A DNA stretch of 64,000 nucleotides from Macrostomum lignano (GCA_002269645.1 NIVC01000620.1:124001-188000); one strand, 5' to 3'; numbered from the stretch's first letter, positions 50,542-63,105 are shown. Program-made: numbers and translations. The notes: generated by a model from the letters alone, not told the origin.

Positions 50542-53500
50542 CTAGCAATCAGCGCCCCCGTTGGGGAGCCAAAAATTCAGTACAAGTTGTTTTATTAAAC
50601 TACATGTAGCGTCTTCTTGCATTTTACCCCAGCAGTCCCTTGTAAGCCTTGACATGTCAGCAATTCCCCCCACAAGTCTTAACATATCAACTCCCCCTTG
50701 ACATTTCAGCGATGCCCCCATAAGCCTTGAAATCTTAAAAAATCTGTCTACTTTCTAACCCTAGCGTAACCCTAACCCAAACCCTAAAGTATTGACATTT
50801 CAATTCTCTTATTCTCTCTAAGAGTCATTATAGCACTACTACATCATTATAGCGATTCCCTGCAAGCCTCGACATCGTAGGGATTCCCAAATGAATCTCT
50901 TAACTTCGACATGAAGCTTCTTTTATTTTTTACATTACGCTTTATCTATCAGCGATCCGTCCCGTGAGGAGCCAACAAATAATGTAATAAAACGTTTTCA
51001 ATAAACTACATGTAGCTTCTGACTTTATCCTTGACATCTCAGCAATTCCCCCAGTAAGCCTTGACACCTCAGCAATTCCCCCAGAAAGACTTCACCTCTT
51101 AGCAATTCCCCCAGTAAGCCTTGAAATATCAGCAATTTCCCCAGTAAGCCTTGAGATCTCAGCAATTCCCCCAGTAAGCCTTGAGATCCCAGTAAGCCTT
51201 TAGATCTCAGCAATTCCCCCAGTAAGCCTTTAGATCTCAGCAATTCCCCAATAAGCCTTGAGATCTCAAAAATTCTCCCAGTAAGTCTTGAGATCTCAGC
51301 AATTCCCCCAGTAAGCCTTGACATCTCAGGAATAACCCCATTAAGCCTCGACATCGCAGCAATTAAACTCGAGCCTCGACACAATTCTCTCAGCGCAGTA
51401 ATTAGCCTTGACGTCCCAACAACCCAACTCCCCTCTCCCAAGAATTCAGCAATCCCCTTATAAGCCTTGATAACTCAGCTATTCCCTGATGAGCTTAGAT
51501 ATCTTAGCAAGTATTTAATTGATGGTTGACAGCGGTTAATCTATGATTAAACCAAAACTGATCCAAAGCCTCTAACCCTAACCCATAAGTGAATCTTGGC
51601 ATGTTAGCAATTTCCACCATGAGCCTTGAGCCTCGGCATTAAACTAACTTCCTCACAAGCTTTGTAATCTAAATTTCACCGAAAGCCTTGACCTGTCAGC
51701 AACTCCCCGTAGATCATTAGTGATTGACACGACTATCGCTCTATAATTGAACCCTAAGCCTAACCCTTAACCTGCAGCCTAATTTCAGCAATTCCCCAAT
51801 GAGCTTTGGAAATGTTGGCAATTTCCCCATGAGCCTGAAAATTGAGTGACTAACCTTTTGATATCTTGGCACTTGCATTTCAACAATTAATTTCTGCAAT
51901 TTCACAAATGAACCTTGAAATCAAAGCAATTCTCCCCAGAATGACAATTATAGCAATTCCCCTTGCGCCTTGAGATCTTAAAAATCCTCCCATGAGTATT
52001 GATATATCATTGCAATTTGCCATACATGCATTATGCTCGTAGCAATAGTCTTAGCAGTCTTAACAGTCTTAGCAATTCCCAATCAGACTTTTACGTTCGA
52101 CAGGGCGCTTCTTTAATGATTGACATAATTTATGATTTATGATCGTTTTTTCTTGCCTTTGCGTTTTCTTCTCTTCAAAAGAAGTTTTTAATAAAAAACC
52201 AATATTTCACTATAGCTTTCTGCAGTTTAGCAATGGTTCATCAGCAGTTTAGCAATGCAGTTTAGCAATGCTTCACCAGCAGTTTCACAATGCAGTTTAA
52301 CAATGCTTCACCAGCAGTTTCACAATGCAGTTTAGCAATGCTTCACCAGCAGTTTAGCATCGCTTCACCAGCAGTTTAGCAATGCTTCACCAGCAGTTTA
52401 GCAATGCTTCACCAGCAGTTTAGCAATGCAGTTTAGCAATGCTTTACCAGCAGTTTAGCAATGCAGTTTAGCAATGCTTCACCAGCAGTTTAGCAATGCT
52501 TTACCAACAGTTTAGCAATGCAGTTTAGCAATGCTATACCAGCAGTTTAGCAATGCAGTTTAGCAATGCTTCACCAGCAGTTTGACAATGCAGTTTAGCA
52601 ATGCTTCACCAGCAGTTTGACAATGCAGTTTAGCAATGCTTCACCAGTAGTTTCACAATGCAGTTTAGCAATGCTTCACCAGCAGTTTAGCAATGCAGTT
52701 TAGCAATACTTCACCAGCAGTTTAGCAATGCAGTTTAGCAATGCTTCACCAGTAGTTTAGTAATCGTTTACCAGCACTGTTTTGCACATTGCAATAATCT
52801 TTGCTTATGGCTATATTGCTTCTGGATAATCGAAACCATTTAAAGTGTTTCTGCAACTTGCAGGTTAAATTTAATTCCCTTACATATTTATTATTTTATT
52901 ATATGCGTCAGATTAGCACTGCTCTCCCCGATTAGCGCTGCTCACCCAGATTAGCAATACCCTTTGCAAATTAGCACTTACAGCAGATAAGCGCTGCTCT
53001 TGAAGCTTAGCGTAGCCCCAGCAAAAGTATATACAAATAAAATGTTAAAAATTTGCATGAATCCCCATAGGAAACAATGATTATTGTCACAAAGATAAAT
53101 TCGCTGCTTCAATGTAGATTCAAACTGCCGACCTTCTACTAAAAGCCTTATACTATTCTAAAGTTTAGTAACTTCTCACTTTGAAGTTCACCCCCCCCCC
53201 CCCCCCAGAAATCGGCAGTTATCCCCACAACAACCTGAAATTAGCTATCACTTCTAATCCCGCAAGCAGACTGCAGTCATACTCTTAGCAGTCTGCAGGT
53301 ACGAGTATCCACTTTGCTGTCTACAGCTTTCATTAACATCGGCAAACTACAATAATTCACTCAGCAGTCCGCAGTTACTCGTATCCCCTCAACAACTTGC
53401 TCTGCTATACACTCATAAGTCTGGAGGAATACCTCAGCAGTTTTTTTCAATTTTTCCCATTGCAGTCTGCATGAATGAGTCTTCTCAGCAATGATTCTTT

Positions 53501-54953
53501 CAGTAATCTGATAATTTGCTCAGCATATAGTACGGCTCACTAATCAATTTTCGATACATATCGGCAGTCTTTTGCGCAGCTCAGCATTTAGCAGTACCTT
53601 CAGCTGTTTAGCTATTTAGCAGTATCGTCTGCAATTCGGGAGCAGTAATACACGAATCAGTTTTTTACAAATCAAATTTTAAAATGCACTGGCTGAAATC
53701 AAATCAAATTCAAATTGAAAAATCAAGTTTGTTTAGCAACTTGTGCTGAAAAGCAAAAATAATTCATTGAGTGTGGCTTACTAATTAATCAAAAATGATT
53801 TAATTGGTTGAGGCGCAAGCTATAAATGTACTAATTTATTTAATTTTAATTATCGGCCGGCGAGGCCGACTCGAACCTTGGACCTTACGCCTAGCCTAAA
53901 CCTATTCCTAGTGCCTACATTGCGGCTATTCCGCCTACTGATTGGAGGGCGCAAAAATGCAAAAATTTTTGTGCACACGGACGCAAAAATGCTTCGTGTG
54001 CACAGGTTTGGTGCTGGCAGAGCCATTGCACAGTTAAGAGAAAACTATAAATAGTAACTTTCTATGCAGTCCGCCATTCAGCCAGGGTCAGAAGAATGTA
54101 CACACGCAGCCACTGAGCATTATTTTAACTTCAATGCTTGGCACACTGCCTGCACCTAAAAAGCTTAGAGTCAGTTTATAGCGAGAATATGCAGTACGCA
54201 GTTGTGGCGCAATCAAAATTAGATTTGGAATTCAGCCAGTCAAGAATTCAACCTTGCTTGGCCTTCCATTAAAAGCATAGGGAAAACTCGATTTTCGAAT
54301 ATAAAATGCCTTGAACATTGAAGCAGATTAAAGAAATTCTAACTGTCTTTTGTCCAGATAACTATAAATCTTTTGGCGAAAACGCGATCAAAATGGTCAA
54401 GAATTGCCGTCTGTAGAGCGATAGCTAATTGAGCTGTCTGCCAGCATCGAGAGTACTTTTTATATTCACCCATTTAATGGTTGCGCAATTTAAATAGAGT
54501 TGTTATCTCGCCAGTGGGGCCCAGTGAGTTTTATGATCAGTTGCTCTGGCGCAATCATTAAAATTGGCTGTGAATTCTCTCGCTGCGAGCAGTTTGATAA
54601 AAAATACATTGAATTTGCCCATTTAAAACCGTTTTTCGAATATTTAATCCCTTTAGCATTGAAGCAGATACAAGAAATTTTAACTGTCTTCTTTCCAGAC
54701 AATTTTGAATCTTTTGGCGAAAACGCGATCAAAATTGGTCAAGAATTGCAGTCTCTAGAGCGTTTTACACGGACAAACAAATATTAGAGATTTAAGTATA
54801 TTTGGATGTCTTCTTTCCAGACAATTTTGAATCTTTTGGCGAAAACGCGATCAAAATTGGTCAAGAATTGCAGTCTCTAGAGCGTTTTACACGGACAAAC
54901 AAACAAATATTAGAGATTTAGTATATAAATGGATGCATGGATGGATGGATGGA
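50542..54953 (-). mobile_element. Non-autonomous Helitron B (4.4 kb) with minisatellites, tRNA-like segments and a duplicated 5' block
   Basis: 3' hairpin GCTCCCC-AAC-GGGGGCGC then CTAG|T (50542-45); 5' end TCCATCC...TATATACTAAATCTC at 54953. It shares blocks with Helitron A (GAAATTCAGCCAGTCA; GAATATTTAATCCCTTTAGCATTGA). It holds a 30-bp array at ~51020-51400, a 13/22-bp array at ~52225-52770, and a B-box-like GGTTCGAGTC near 53870. Confidence 0.72.
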
Positions 54954-55387
54954 CTAGCAATTTAAAGCCCCCGTCTTCGGGGGGCATACAGCAATGTGAT
55001 GTAACCCCCTTAAAATACTTAAGAACATAACGGTAATATACGAGTAATAGAGTGTAATAGAAAGACCATAATAATATTATTGAGCCATTGCTTTTCCGTA
55101 TCAGTCACTGGCCCAGATGCAGTGAGACGGGTTCTTCAACCGAGTAGATAGTTTTTGCCATAGACGCAACTCAAATTTTGAGCTGGGACTTTCAAAAAGG
55201 TTTCAATTCAATATATAGTATTTCAATAATTGCAACGTTTATTTAATTCGCATAGCTCGTATATTTTTGAGACGTTAATTCTACAAGGTGACATGTACGA
55301 GCGTATCTAAGCCTAGTAAAGATTACTTGCTAGTGATTCACAATAATAAAATGACTTACTTAGTATCAAACTCTAACGACTCTTGTA

Positions 55388-55802
55388 CGAGGGGTGATCA
55401 AAAAGTTCTGCAACCTCGACTCCTGCTGCACCATGACAATGCGGCACCGCACAGACCGGCCTCAACCATGGCGTACCTGGAGCAGCAGGGGGTTCAGCTG
55501 CTGCCCCATCCATCCTACTCTCTAGACCTAGCACTCTGCGACTTTTGGCTGTTCCCGAGGATCAAACCCGTCATTTTTGGGAGGCTGTTTTCACGCATAC
55601 CCTGCCCAAGCGGTACGTTCAGCTCTACAGGGTATACCAACTCCAGAGTACCATGACTGCTTTCAGACATGGTGCACACGCATGCAACGGTGCAAAGATG
55701 GTGGTGGAAAGTACTTTGAGGGAATGTGACACTGATTAGACGCCTCGGCTGCTGTAACACTGAGTTGTGAGGTCACTTGCAGAACCTTTTGATCACCCCT
55801 CG
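55388..55802 (+). mobile_element. Internally deleted mariner element (415 bp) retaining both TIRs
   Basis: TIR CGAGGGGTGATCAAAAAGTTCTGCAA / TTGCAGAACCTTTTGATCACCCCTCG, with TA on the left (TT on the right). Internal LLHHDNAAPH...LPHPSYSLDLALCDFWLFP motifs are of the DD34D type. Confidence 0.92.
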
Positions 55803-56123
55803 TTCTTAACCTTACCCTAACCTCATCTGAACAGAATTTGGAAATTTCTGCAGAAGCATCTGCCCATCCCTTACTTCAATATTGTTATATTTTATAACGT
55901 ACGCAAATAGGAATTCATGCTTGAGCTCCTCAATTGTCTGAAGATAACTGTGACGGGTCAGCAAATTGTGTTGAAATCGGTAGGCCCGGCTGAGTGAACA
56001 CTGCGCGCCAGTCACGAGTGAAGGTTATCTTCGGAATAAATTTAATTTAAAGAGTTTTAATCAATTATTAGTTGACAGTAGCTCGTAAGATATAAGATAT
56101 AACATTTGATATGGAAAACATAC

Positions 56124-58409
56124 TTCTTTGTCTCCACAGCGCACTCGAATTTTATTTATGTTCTCGTAGCCTGCAAACAATCGGTCGGAGCACTGCAACA
56201 AAATTTCATCATGTGCAGATTGGCTCGCATGCTCTGTTGCTTGGGCCACACGGACTGACTCGAAGAGTTGCTGGCTGGACACCGCCTCTTCAAACCATTC
56301 TGTCAGATCGGAATCGTTGGCAAGATGGTAGCGAATTTCAGCATCAGAACAGTTCAGCACAACGACTTGGCCGTACTCTTGGACCTGGGCCCCTTGAATT
56401 TCCAGGGTGTTGCCCACGGCCCAGTTATTCACTCGAGTTGGACTTTTTGCCCAGAATGTGCAGGACACGGAGGATGCCGAGTCATCGACCAGCATTACTT
56501 TGGCCAGGTTGACGGGAGGCCCATTTTTTCTCTGGACTTCCTTCGACGGTTCGATGTTTTTTATCACACCTCGGATGTCAACTTTTCTGTTTAAGTAGGG
56601 CAAAAGTGCACCAGTTATGGATTACAAAATCTTGGTCTTCTGTCAAACCCCTGGATTATCGGGATTAGGAATTCCCGGCCAAAGATAATGCCGGGATTAT
56701 CCATCCCGGTAAATCCAGAGTTATTCGTAATCCTGAGATCCCAAAAATTCATCTCGATCCTGGGACTAATCCTTGGATTCTGGAGTAGAATATGATCGCA
56801 GTAGAGATTTATCAATTCCCAACTACATTAAGCCAGAAATCAATAGCAAATGATTTCATGAGCTAGCTGTACTTGTTGAATTGTAACTTTCTAGGTTTCT
56901 TGTGTAATCTGCATATTGGTTTTTATTTTTTATTTTGTATAGCTACATGCTGCCGCAACAAGTCCAATCAATATTTCTTATTTCAATATTTCAGTATTTC
57001 TGTGCATGTGTGTGACTGATCGATTTTTGAAAAAAAACTGCTAAACCGATTTCGTTAGAACTTGCACTGTTCGATCAGAAATAATAGCGTGGGAAAATGG
57101 TTTCAGTTTACGAATGATATGAGTTTGTGCTAAATCAAAGAAAAATAGAGAATAAGAGGATAAGACTGACAGGTCTGACAAGAAAAAAAATTTCCAGGAA
57201 AGGAGAAAGAAGAAAGAGAGTGTTAGGTTTTGGCCGAAGAATGATTACAAATTCAAAGACAACTTTTATGAGCAGCCCTTGGCTTGCTACTTTCTATAAT
57301 GTTCGCTCGCTCTATAAGCGAGGAGTTTGGAACCTTTTTATTTTATACCACTTACGAGCATAGCTTTTGCTTCTCGATGTCGTGGTCTGTATCAAACGGA
57401 ACGAGTTTGTAACCATAGACACAGCCACAAAGTAAATTCATTTATAGCTAAGAGCTCGATAGCTCACAGAGAGGAAAGAGAGAAGAGAGGAGAGATGAGA
57501 AAGAAGAGAAAGAGGAGAGGACACAAAGCAGTAGGATTTTGCTATAGTGTTAAACGGAAATGTTAGTCAAATACTCTTGCTCATAACCGTACTGCAGCTC
57601 AGAATTAGGAACAGATAGTCAAGAGCATTTAGTAGAGATGGAATATTCGTTATTCGGATTTGGTACTCGAAAAATAATATGAATCCGAATATTCGGTATT
57701 TAGATTTGGTATTCGTGTTCGGAAACATATTGGATTCGTTCTATCTCTAGAATTTAGGCACATTATTGGTTTTAAATCCCGAAAAATCCCGGGATTCATA
57801 GATTTTTATCACGGATGCCGGAATCCCCAATACCGATAATTTGTGATCCTGGGACTATCGATCCGGGTAAATCCCGACAACCCCGACATTGATCCTAGTC
57901 CCGGGATTGCAAACCCTAGCACCGGTAAAGACTGTATCTAATAATTTAAAAATTATGAAAACCTTGAAATATTTTTAAGCACTTACTTCTTCATGGCAAC
58001 GGCAGAAAGGTCGCCGATTTTTTATACACCGCGGGTGGCCGATTGACGATCTCTTGGGTCGCTAGGAGGGTCGCATTATTGTCTACTGACAGAGTTATTT
58101 CAAGGCCATTGTCGGTGCAGTTGTAGGTCTGATTTGCAGGCTTCACCCAACCCCCAGACACTCTTACAGTGCTTGAGTCTTGGCACATGTCGTGGTGATT
58201 TTTAAGTCGCGACCGAAAACGCTCACTCGAATCTCATTCTGGCCATCAGCCAAAACAAATGAAAATACTTGGCCGTTTCCCTTGGCGCTAGTATAGTTCT
58301 TGAGCTGCGTCACTCGGGACACCAGGCCGATTATAGAACCGTCCATTAGGCCAGGCACAAAAGCTGCGATGCTCAGTTTGCTCTTAGCAGTTGTAGTATC
58401 TGTTGCCAT
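56124..58409 (-). CDS. Spliced RPA1/RPA70-like protein (two OB folds) with two homopolymer frameshifts
   Basis: Exon 58409-57987 resembles DBD-A (YTSAKGNGQVFSFVLADGQNEIRVSVF...VKPANQTY...LEITL). Exon 56586-56124 resembles DBD-B (VDIRGVI...VMLVDDSASSVSCTFW...GAQVQEY...LTEWF). The GTAAGT donor and AAACAG acceptor match in phase 2. The frame needs +1 A in A-runs near 58203 and 58021. Confidence 0.8.
56616..57918. mobile_element. hAT-like ATCCCGGGA-rich MITE filling the RPA intron
   Basis: Right TIR GATTGCAAACCCTA, degenerate left TIR TATGGATTACAA, and TSD GCACCAGT/GCACCGGT. Confidence 0.55.
57633..57749. mobile_element. Small hAT-like MITE (117 bp) nested in the above
   Basis: TAGAGATGGAA / TTCTATCTCTA TIRs and TSD GCATTTAG/GAATTTAG. 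Confidence 0.75.
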
Positions 58410-59477
58410 TGTTACAAAGAGAACAGAAAATGCTGGAAAAATAGCAGTTTAAAAATGAAATAAAAAAGGTTGGGAGACGGTTTGAGTTGCAGTTAGACAA
58501 ACTTTGAGATCATCCGAATAAAATATCTTTTATTTTATTAGCTGCACCAGACAGCTAGAGTACCTGTAATTAGGCTGGGGTGGGGCACCGGCTGAAATTT
58601 GATAACAGATCAATTAAGTTTGAAAGCTAAACATTTCTACCTGGCCATGATTTAATTTAATAATTGCTCAATTAAATTTAAAAGCCAATTTTTTCTACTT
58701 AGTCATGATTGAATTTAATAACTGATCGATTAAGTTGGGCAATCTTTACGTTTTTACCTGGCCGTAGTTAGCTCTGAAACCCACCGGCTTAAGAAGTAGC
58801 GGCAGGTCGCCTCATTGTAAAGCTGATTAATATAGCTCAGTATTCAATTCCCTCGCAGCTCACCTTTTCAACTTAAATCTGATACGTGCTGCACCTGCTG
58901 GATCAAAGTCATTAAAGACTAATTAAAGTAATTACCAAATCGAACAAAAAATACCGGCCCACCGGCTCCATTATGCGCTCGTGCGCCCCTATAAAAGATC
59001 GCAATGAGGCAAGCCAAGAGGCAAGAGCTCTGAGATTACGCTCGTATTTGTTGTCTTCGTCATTAATACTTGCATCAGCTAAGCAACAGCACCGGCCCGC
59101 AAATACGAGTATGAAGATAGTGAACAACTACACAAAAATAGAGCTACATGGCCTAAATGTTTTGTGCTGAATAAATAATTACTCTATTATTGCAACAGAA
59201 GAAATATTCTTATTGCAGTTCTTAAAACGAAATATTGCGGTTGCCGTTCGGCCAATATGCACAAACTAAGTCGCCCTGCTCGTGCTTTCCGGCCGGATTG
59301 TTGCCGCCACCGTCAGAGGCTGCGGCGTCGTTAAGCGGACGGCGGCGCTTTGTTTGAGCCGATGTCTCGCGCCTGTGGCAACCTAAATTGGGCGGAAGGT
59401 TTTGACGGCTTTTATGTTTTCTTTCTAGGATCAATATAATAATTTAGTAATTTTCGTAATTTTTCAATTCTAATTAC

Positions 59478-60170
59478 CTTGCCAGTCGACGCTTCAATTG
59501 CCTTCATGAGCACGTCGTTGCCCGCCCTTCGGTAGCGGTCTGTATGCACTTAATATGCATCAAGTGCTAATTTAGGAGTATGCTACAGACGGTCAGCCAT
59601 CAACTGTTTATCAGCGCCAGCCAAGAGCTTGAATAAAAGATATAAATGAAAGTTACTAAATTTATAAGCAATGGAAATTTATAATTTTGCATTTAGGATA
59701 ACAAAGATTAGATATTCTGTCAGTGCAGATAATTTTTATATAACTAAATATCCATAGAATAAGAACTATACGTACGAGTCCCTGGCTTGTCGATTGTAAA
59801 TTAGCTAGGTCACAATAATAAGAAGGAAGGAAATTGCTGAATCACAGTGATAAGAAGTAAGAATTAGCACACAAAAGAATTATTTCTAGCAATACTCGCT
59901 TTTGTTTCAATGAACACTCGAAAGCTTGTACATCTTACGTTATGTAACAGCTCGCTGAACCGAGTCCTATGTTCACGAAACATTCCTTCAAAGCTGACAT
60001 ACTTGAACTTAATGAATGGACTTATGTAAAAGATCCCTAAGTCGCCAATAAAACGTCACTTTAATCCCAACGCTGATTTCAAATGTAAGGGGTGTAAGAT
60101 TATATGAAGCTGACGGCCTGAATCCCACCGTCGCTACCAAATGTAAAAGCTCTCGAATTATATACACTTC
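59478..60170 (-). pseudogene. Possible decayed, intron-containing tyrosine recombinase (Crypton/DIRS-type)
   Basis: Three motifs in the expected order: LVATVGFRPSASYNLT (box I-like R), CTSFRVFIET (HxxR-like position) and ADRL*HTPKLALDAY* (H...Y box II-like). The last lies on a 150-nt phase-0 exon (59627-59478) with two stops. Confidence 0.4.
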
Positions 60171-61199
60171 AAGGAGTTAAATTTTAATCTAGTTTTAACT
60201 TTCCTACTAACGAGTAGTCTCTCGCCGATAAAAAAATCTAGCGCTAAGCCGAAATGGGCTAATCGTCTCGCGCGCCCTATAATTTCCTTGTGCTATATGT
60301 CTCGCGGTAGCTCTAGGTTTCCACTGGGGTCTTTGTCTCGCTAGACTCCTAGATTTCCGCTGAGCTCTCTGTCTCGCTAGGTCTTTGTCTGACTGCAGAC
60401 TAGCGTCACCTGGACTTTAATAGGTAAGGACTCAGCGTTTGGAGTTGATTAACTCGGCTAAACGTTCGGGAACTCTTAACGGGGCGGATTGACTGGTGAT
60501 CGCTGACAATGATCCCAAATAACTTTGACTAACGGTAGTTCGCCAGAGATCTGGCTAGTAGTCATTGGAAGACATTTCAGGCAATCTATGAGTAGCGGCG
60601 ATAGTTAGGGCCTAAGGCTATACTGCTTATATTGCACCAGCCGAAGAGCGGTACCCAGAGATGGTCTGATAGAGTGCGACCGATAATTTCTTGATAAATT
60701 GCGTTTCCTACCAAATCGGTAATTAATCCCATAGCTAAAATGTCAATCACGAAAGGTAGTTCGCTGCCACCAGTCGAAGCTATGATTAAATTGACTGAGA
60801 CAAACCGCTCTCAAAAAAGGTTTGATTAATTAAAACTGAATGACTTAAATTGTAACTTCGAAGTAATAAGTTGACAAATTTAATTATTGAACTGGTAAAT
60901 TAACTAGCACACAAGCAGAAAAATATTGATAAAAACTTAGTTGAACACTAAAAAATTTACATAAATATATGCTCGGCCTCCTGTGTCCTTACCAACACAG
61001 TCTGTTAGAGCTAATTAATAATTGCGTCTACGGCTCGACTATTTTCAATAAGTAGGAGCTTCGATAACACTAGGACTCAGTTGAGTATCTATAACTAATT
61101 AACTCACGAAGTCACTAGACAGTACAGGCTGGGCTTACACAAGCCAATGTCAACTCAGACTTGGAGCACACAGTCCGGCCAAAGAGAGGCAAGGGCCAA

Positions 61200-61238
61200 C
61201 GCGCGCGGAGTTTCAAACTGGTGCGCGCGGTATTTATA
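61200..61238 (-). promoter_or_regulatory. TATA box adjacent to a GC-rich palindrome
   Basis: Minus-strand TATAAATA at 61238-61231 next to the hairpin CGCGCGC-GG-AGTTT-C-AAACT-GGT-GCGCGCG. Confidence 0.3.
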
Positions 61239-62086
61239 CCCGCAATGTCAGTGCATTCAAACAAATAATTGACACTGTCGCGCAGTTACTGTACGTTACT
61301 AGTCAGCGCATGTGCATAAGTTTTCAGTGAATTAATTCGCATGTTTAGTAATTTCTTATTCTTCATTAGTAATTTCATAGTTAATGCGTAATCCAAGGAG
61401 CTTTACCACAACTCCCTTGGACTAATAAAAAACTCTAAAAAGATTTTTGAACTTGTTAGCAAAATATGAAAAATATTGTTTTAGTTTTGCTGGTTTTATT
61501 GACACGATTAAACAAATAAGCGATTTAGGGTGACTCCTTAGCAGCAAGAAAACGACATCAGATACAATCAGTTTAGCGTTATACGCCACGCCGAGCAATG
61601 CGTCTTCAGATGTAGAACGGCGGTCGCAGCATTTCTGTCAGACCCCATCCGGTCCACCCACATACGATCTGCGCGAGTGCGCTAGGCTGCGCACTCGCCT
61701 GGCCGTCACACGCTCGTTGAGCCGGGACGGCGACATGACTGCCTGCAGGAGGTTCTCCCGCACTTTAGCTAAGATGCGAGGGTAGCTACTAATAGTAATA
61801 CATACGAGTTAATATTTCCTTAGCCCTATATCAACTGGCTTCCCTTACTTAATTTTTTTGAAGAAGTTATATGCGTGAGTAAAATTAAACATAGTATTAT
61901 AAGTAGCATATTATTGAGCAAAAAGAGGTAAGCACGGGTGAGCAAAGATAAATATAGTATACGTGAGCAAAAATAGACATGGCAATGGTGAGCAAAATAA
62001 GCATAGGCATAGATGAACAATGGTGAACAAAATAAATATAGGCATAAGCATAGATGAGCAATGGTGTCAATTAATTATATTTATAG

Positions 62087-62941
62087 TCAGTTCATCCCAA
62101 ACTCGATTGGCAAGTTGTTTTGTACTGGCCAACCGATGAGTACCGCAGTCCTGCAGACCTCGTGTCGGAGCTGCATCTGCTGGTGCGCCCATCCGGACTG
62201 CATGACATGATGGACTGGAGGGCGTACATGACCGCCATACGCCATCGAGTCCTGCTGAGCCGGCCGCTGATTGGTGTATACCGCCGGCGGGGTCTCAGGT
62301 GCTGGTGGCTGTCGCAGTGTAGACACCTGCTGACGGTTTAGTGGTGGCACATCGGCTGATGATGGCGGCAGAGATGACCTATGCCTGGTCGGGGTCGTCT
62401 ATTCACGCTGCTGATTCGACTGCGGCGGTTTAAGCCGGATGAGCTTTGACCGTTTTGCGGGCACATACTGCGTAGTCGCAGAACCAACCGGGTATCGGCG
62501 GGTCAATGTCGTCTCTGGGACGACTGGCTTTTCTGCCTGTCGCTTTAGTAAGGCTTGCCGAGCTTCGGGGTCGTGCGGCACTGGTAGCTTTTTAATGACT
62601 ATTGACTTCAATACTGGCTTAGCACTTTTCTGGGTGTCTACCACCTCTTTCTGTTGAACTCGAAACGCCTAATAGTTCTTCTTTAGGGTGTTCACCACCT
62701 TCTGGGTGTGTACCACCTCTTCCTCTTTCTGCTGGGTGTTCACCACATCTTCCTCTTTCTGCTGGGTGTTCACCACCTCTTCCTCTTTCTGCTGGGTGTT
62801 CACCACCTCTTCCTCTTTCTGTTGGGTGTTCACCACCTCTCCCTCTTTCTGCCGGGTGTTCACCACCTCTTCCTTATCTTGGCATACATCTGTAAAATTA
62901 GCTAGCAGCTCGTCAAAAGCTATCGCGTCAAATTCTTCCAT
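62087..62941 (-). pseudogene. Single ~284-codon frame broken by two TAG stops; contains a 10-aa repeat (EEEVVNTQQK)n
   Basis: The three listed ORFs (62941-62669, 62644-62399, 62350-62087) share one frame and are separated only by single TAGs. A 30-bp tandem repeat lies at ~62700-62880. Confidence 0.65.
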
Positions 62942-63105
62942 GATTATTTCCTAGCTAACTTCTAGCTCTAAATCTAGCTCTGAATTCTATCCTGACTCCC
63001 TTCTGTCTCAAGTGTCCTTTTTATGTAGTCTTGCTCCCCCCGCTAAGAATTATTTAAACAAACTGAAAAATGAAGGCCAACAGAAACATAAAAGTAAATT
63101 ATTAT

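Noticed and set aside
58912-59434. Tudor-like GDLVCAYWPNG segment and neighbouring putative exons as a continuation of the recombinase
   Set aside because: Splice phases do not match (phase-0 donor vs phase-1 acceptor), and the motif is too short to call.
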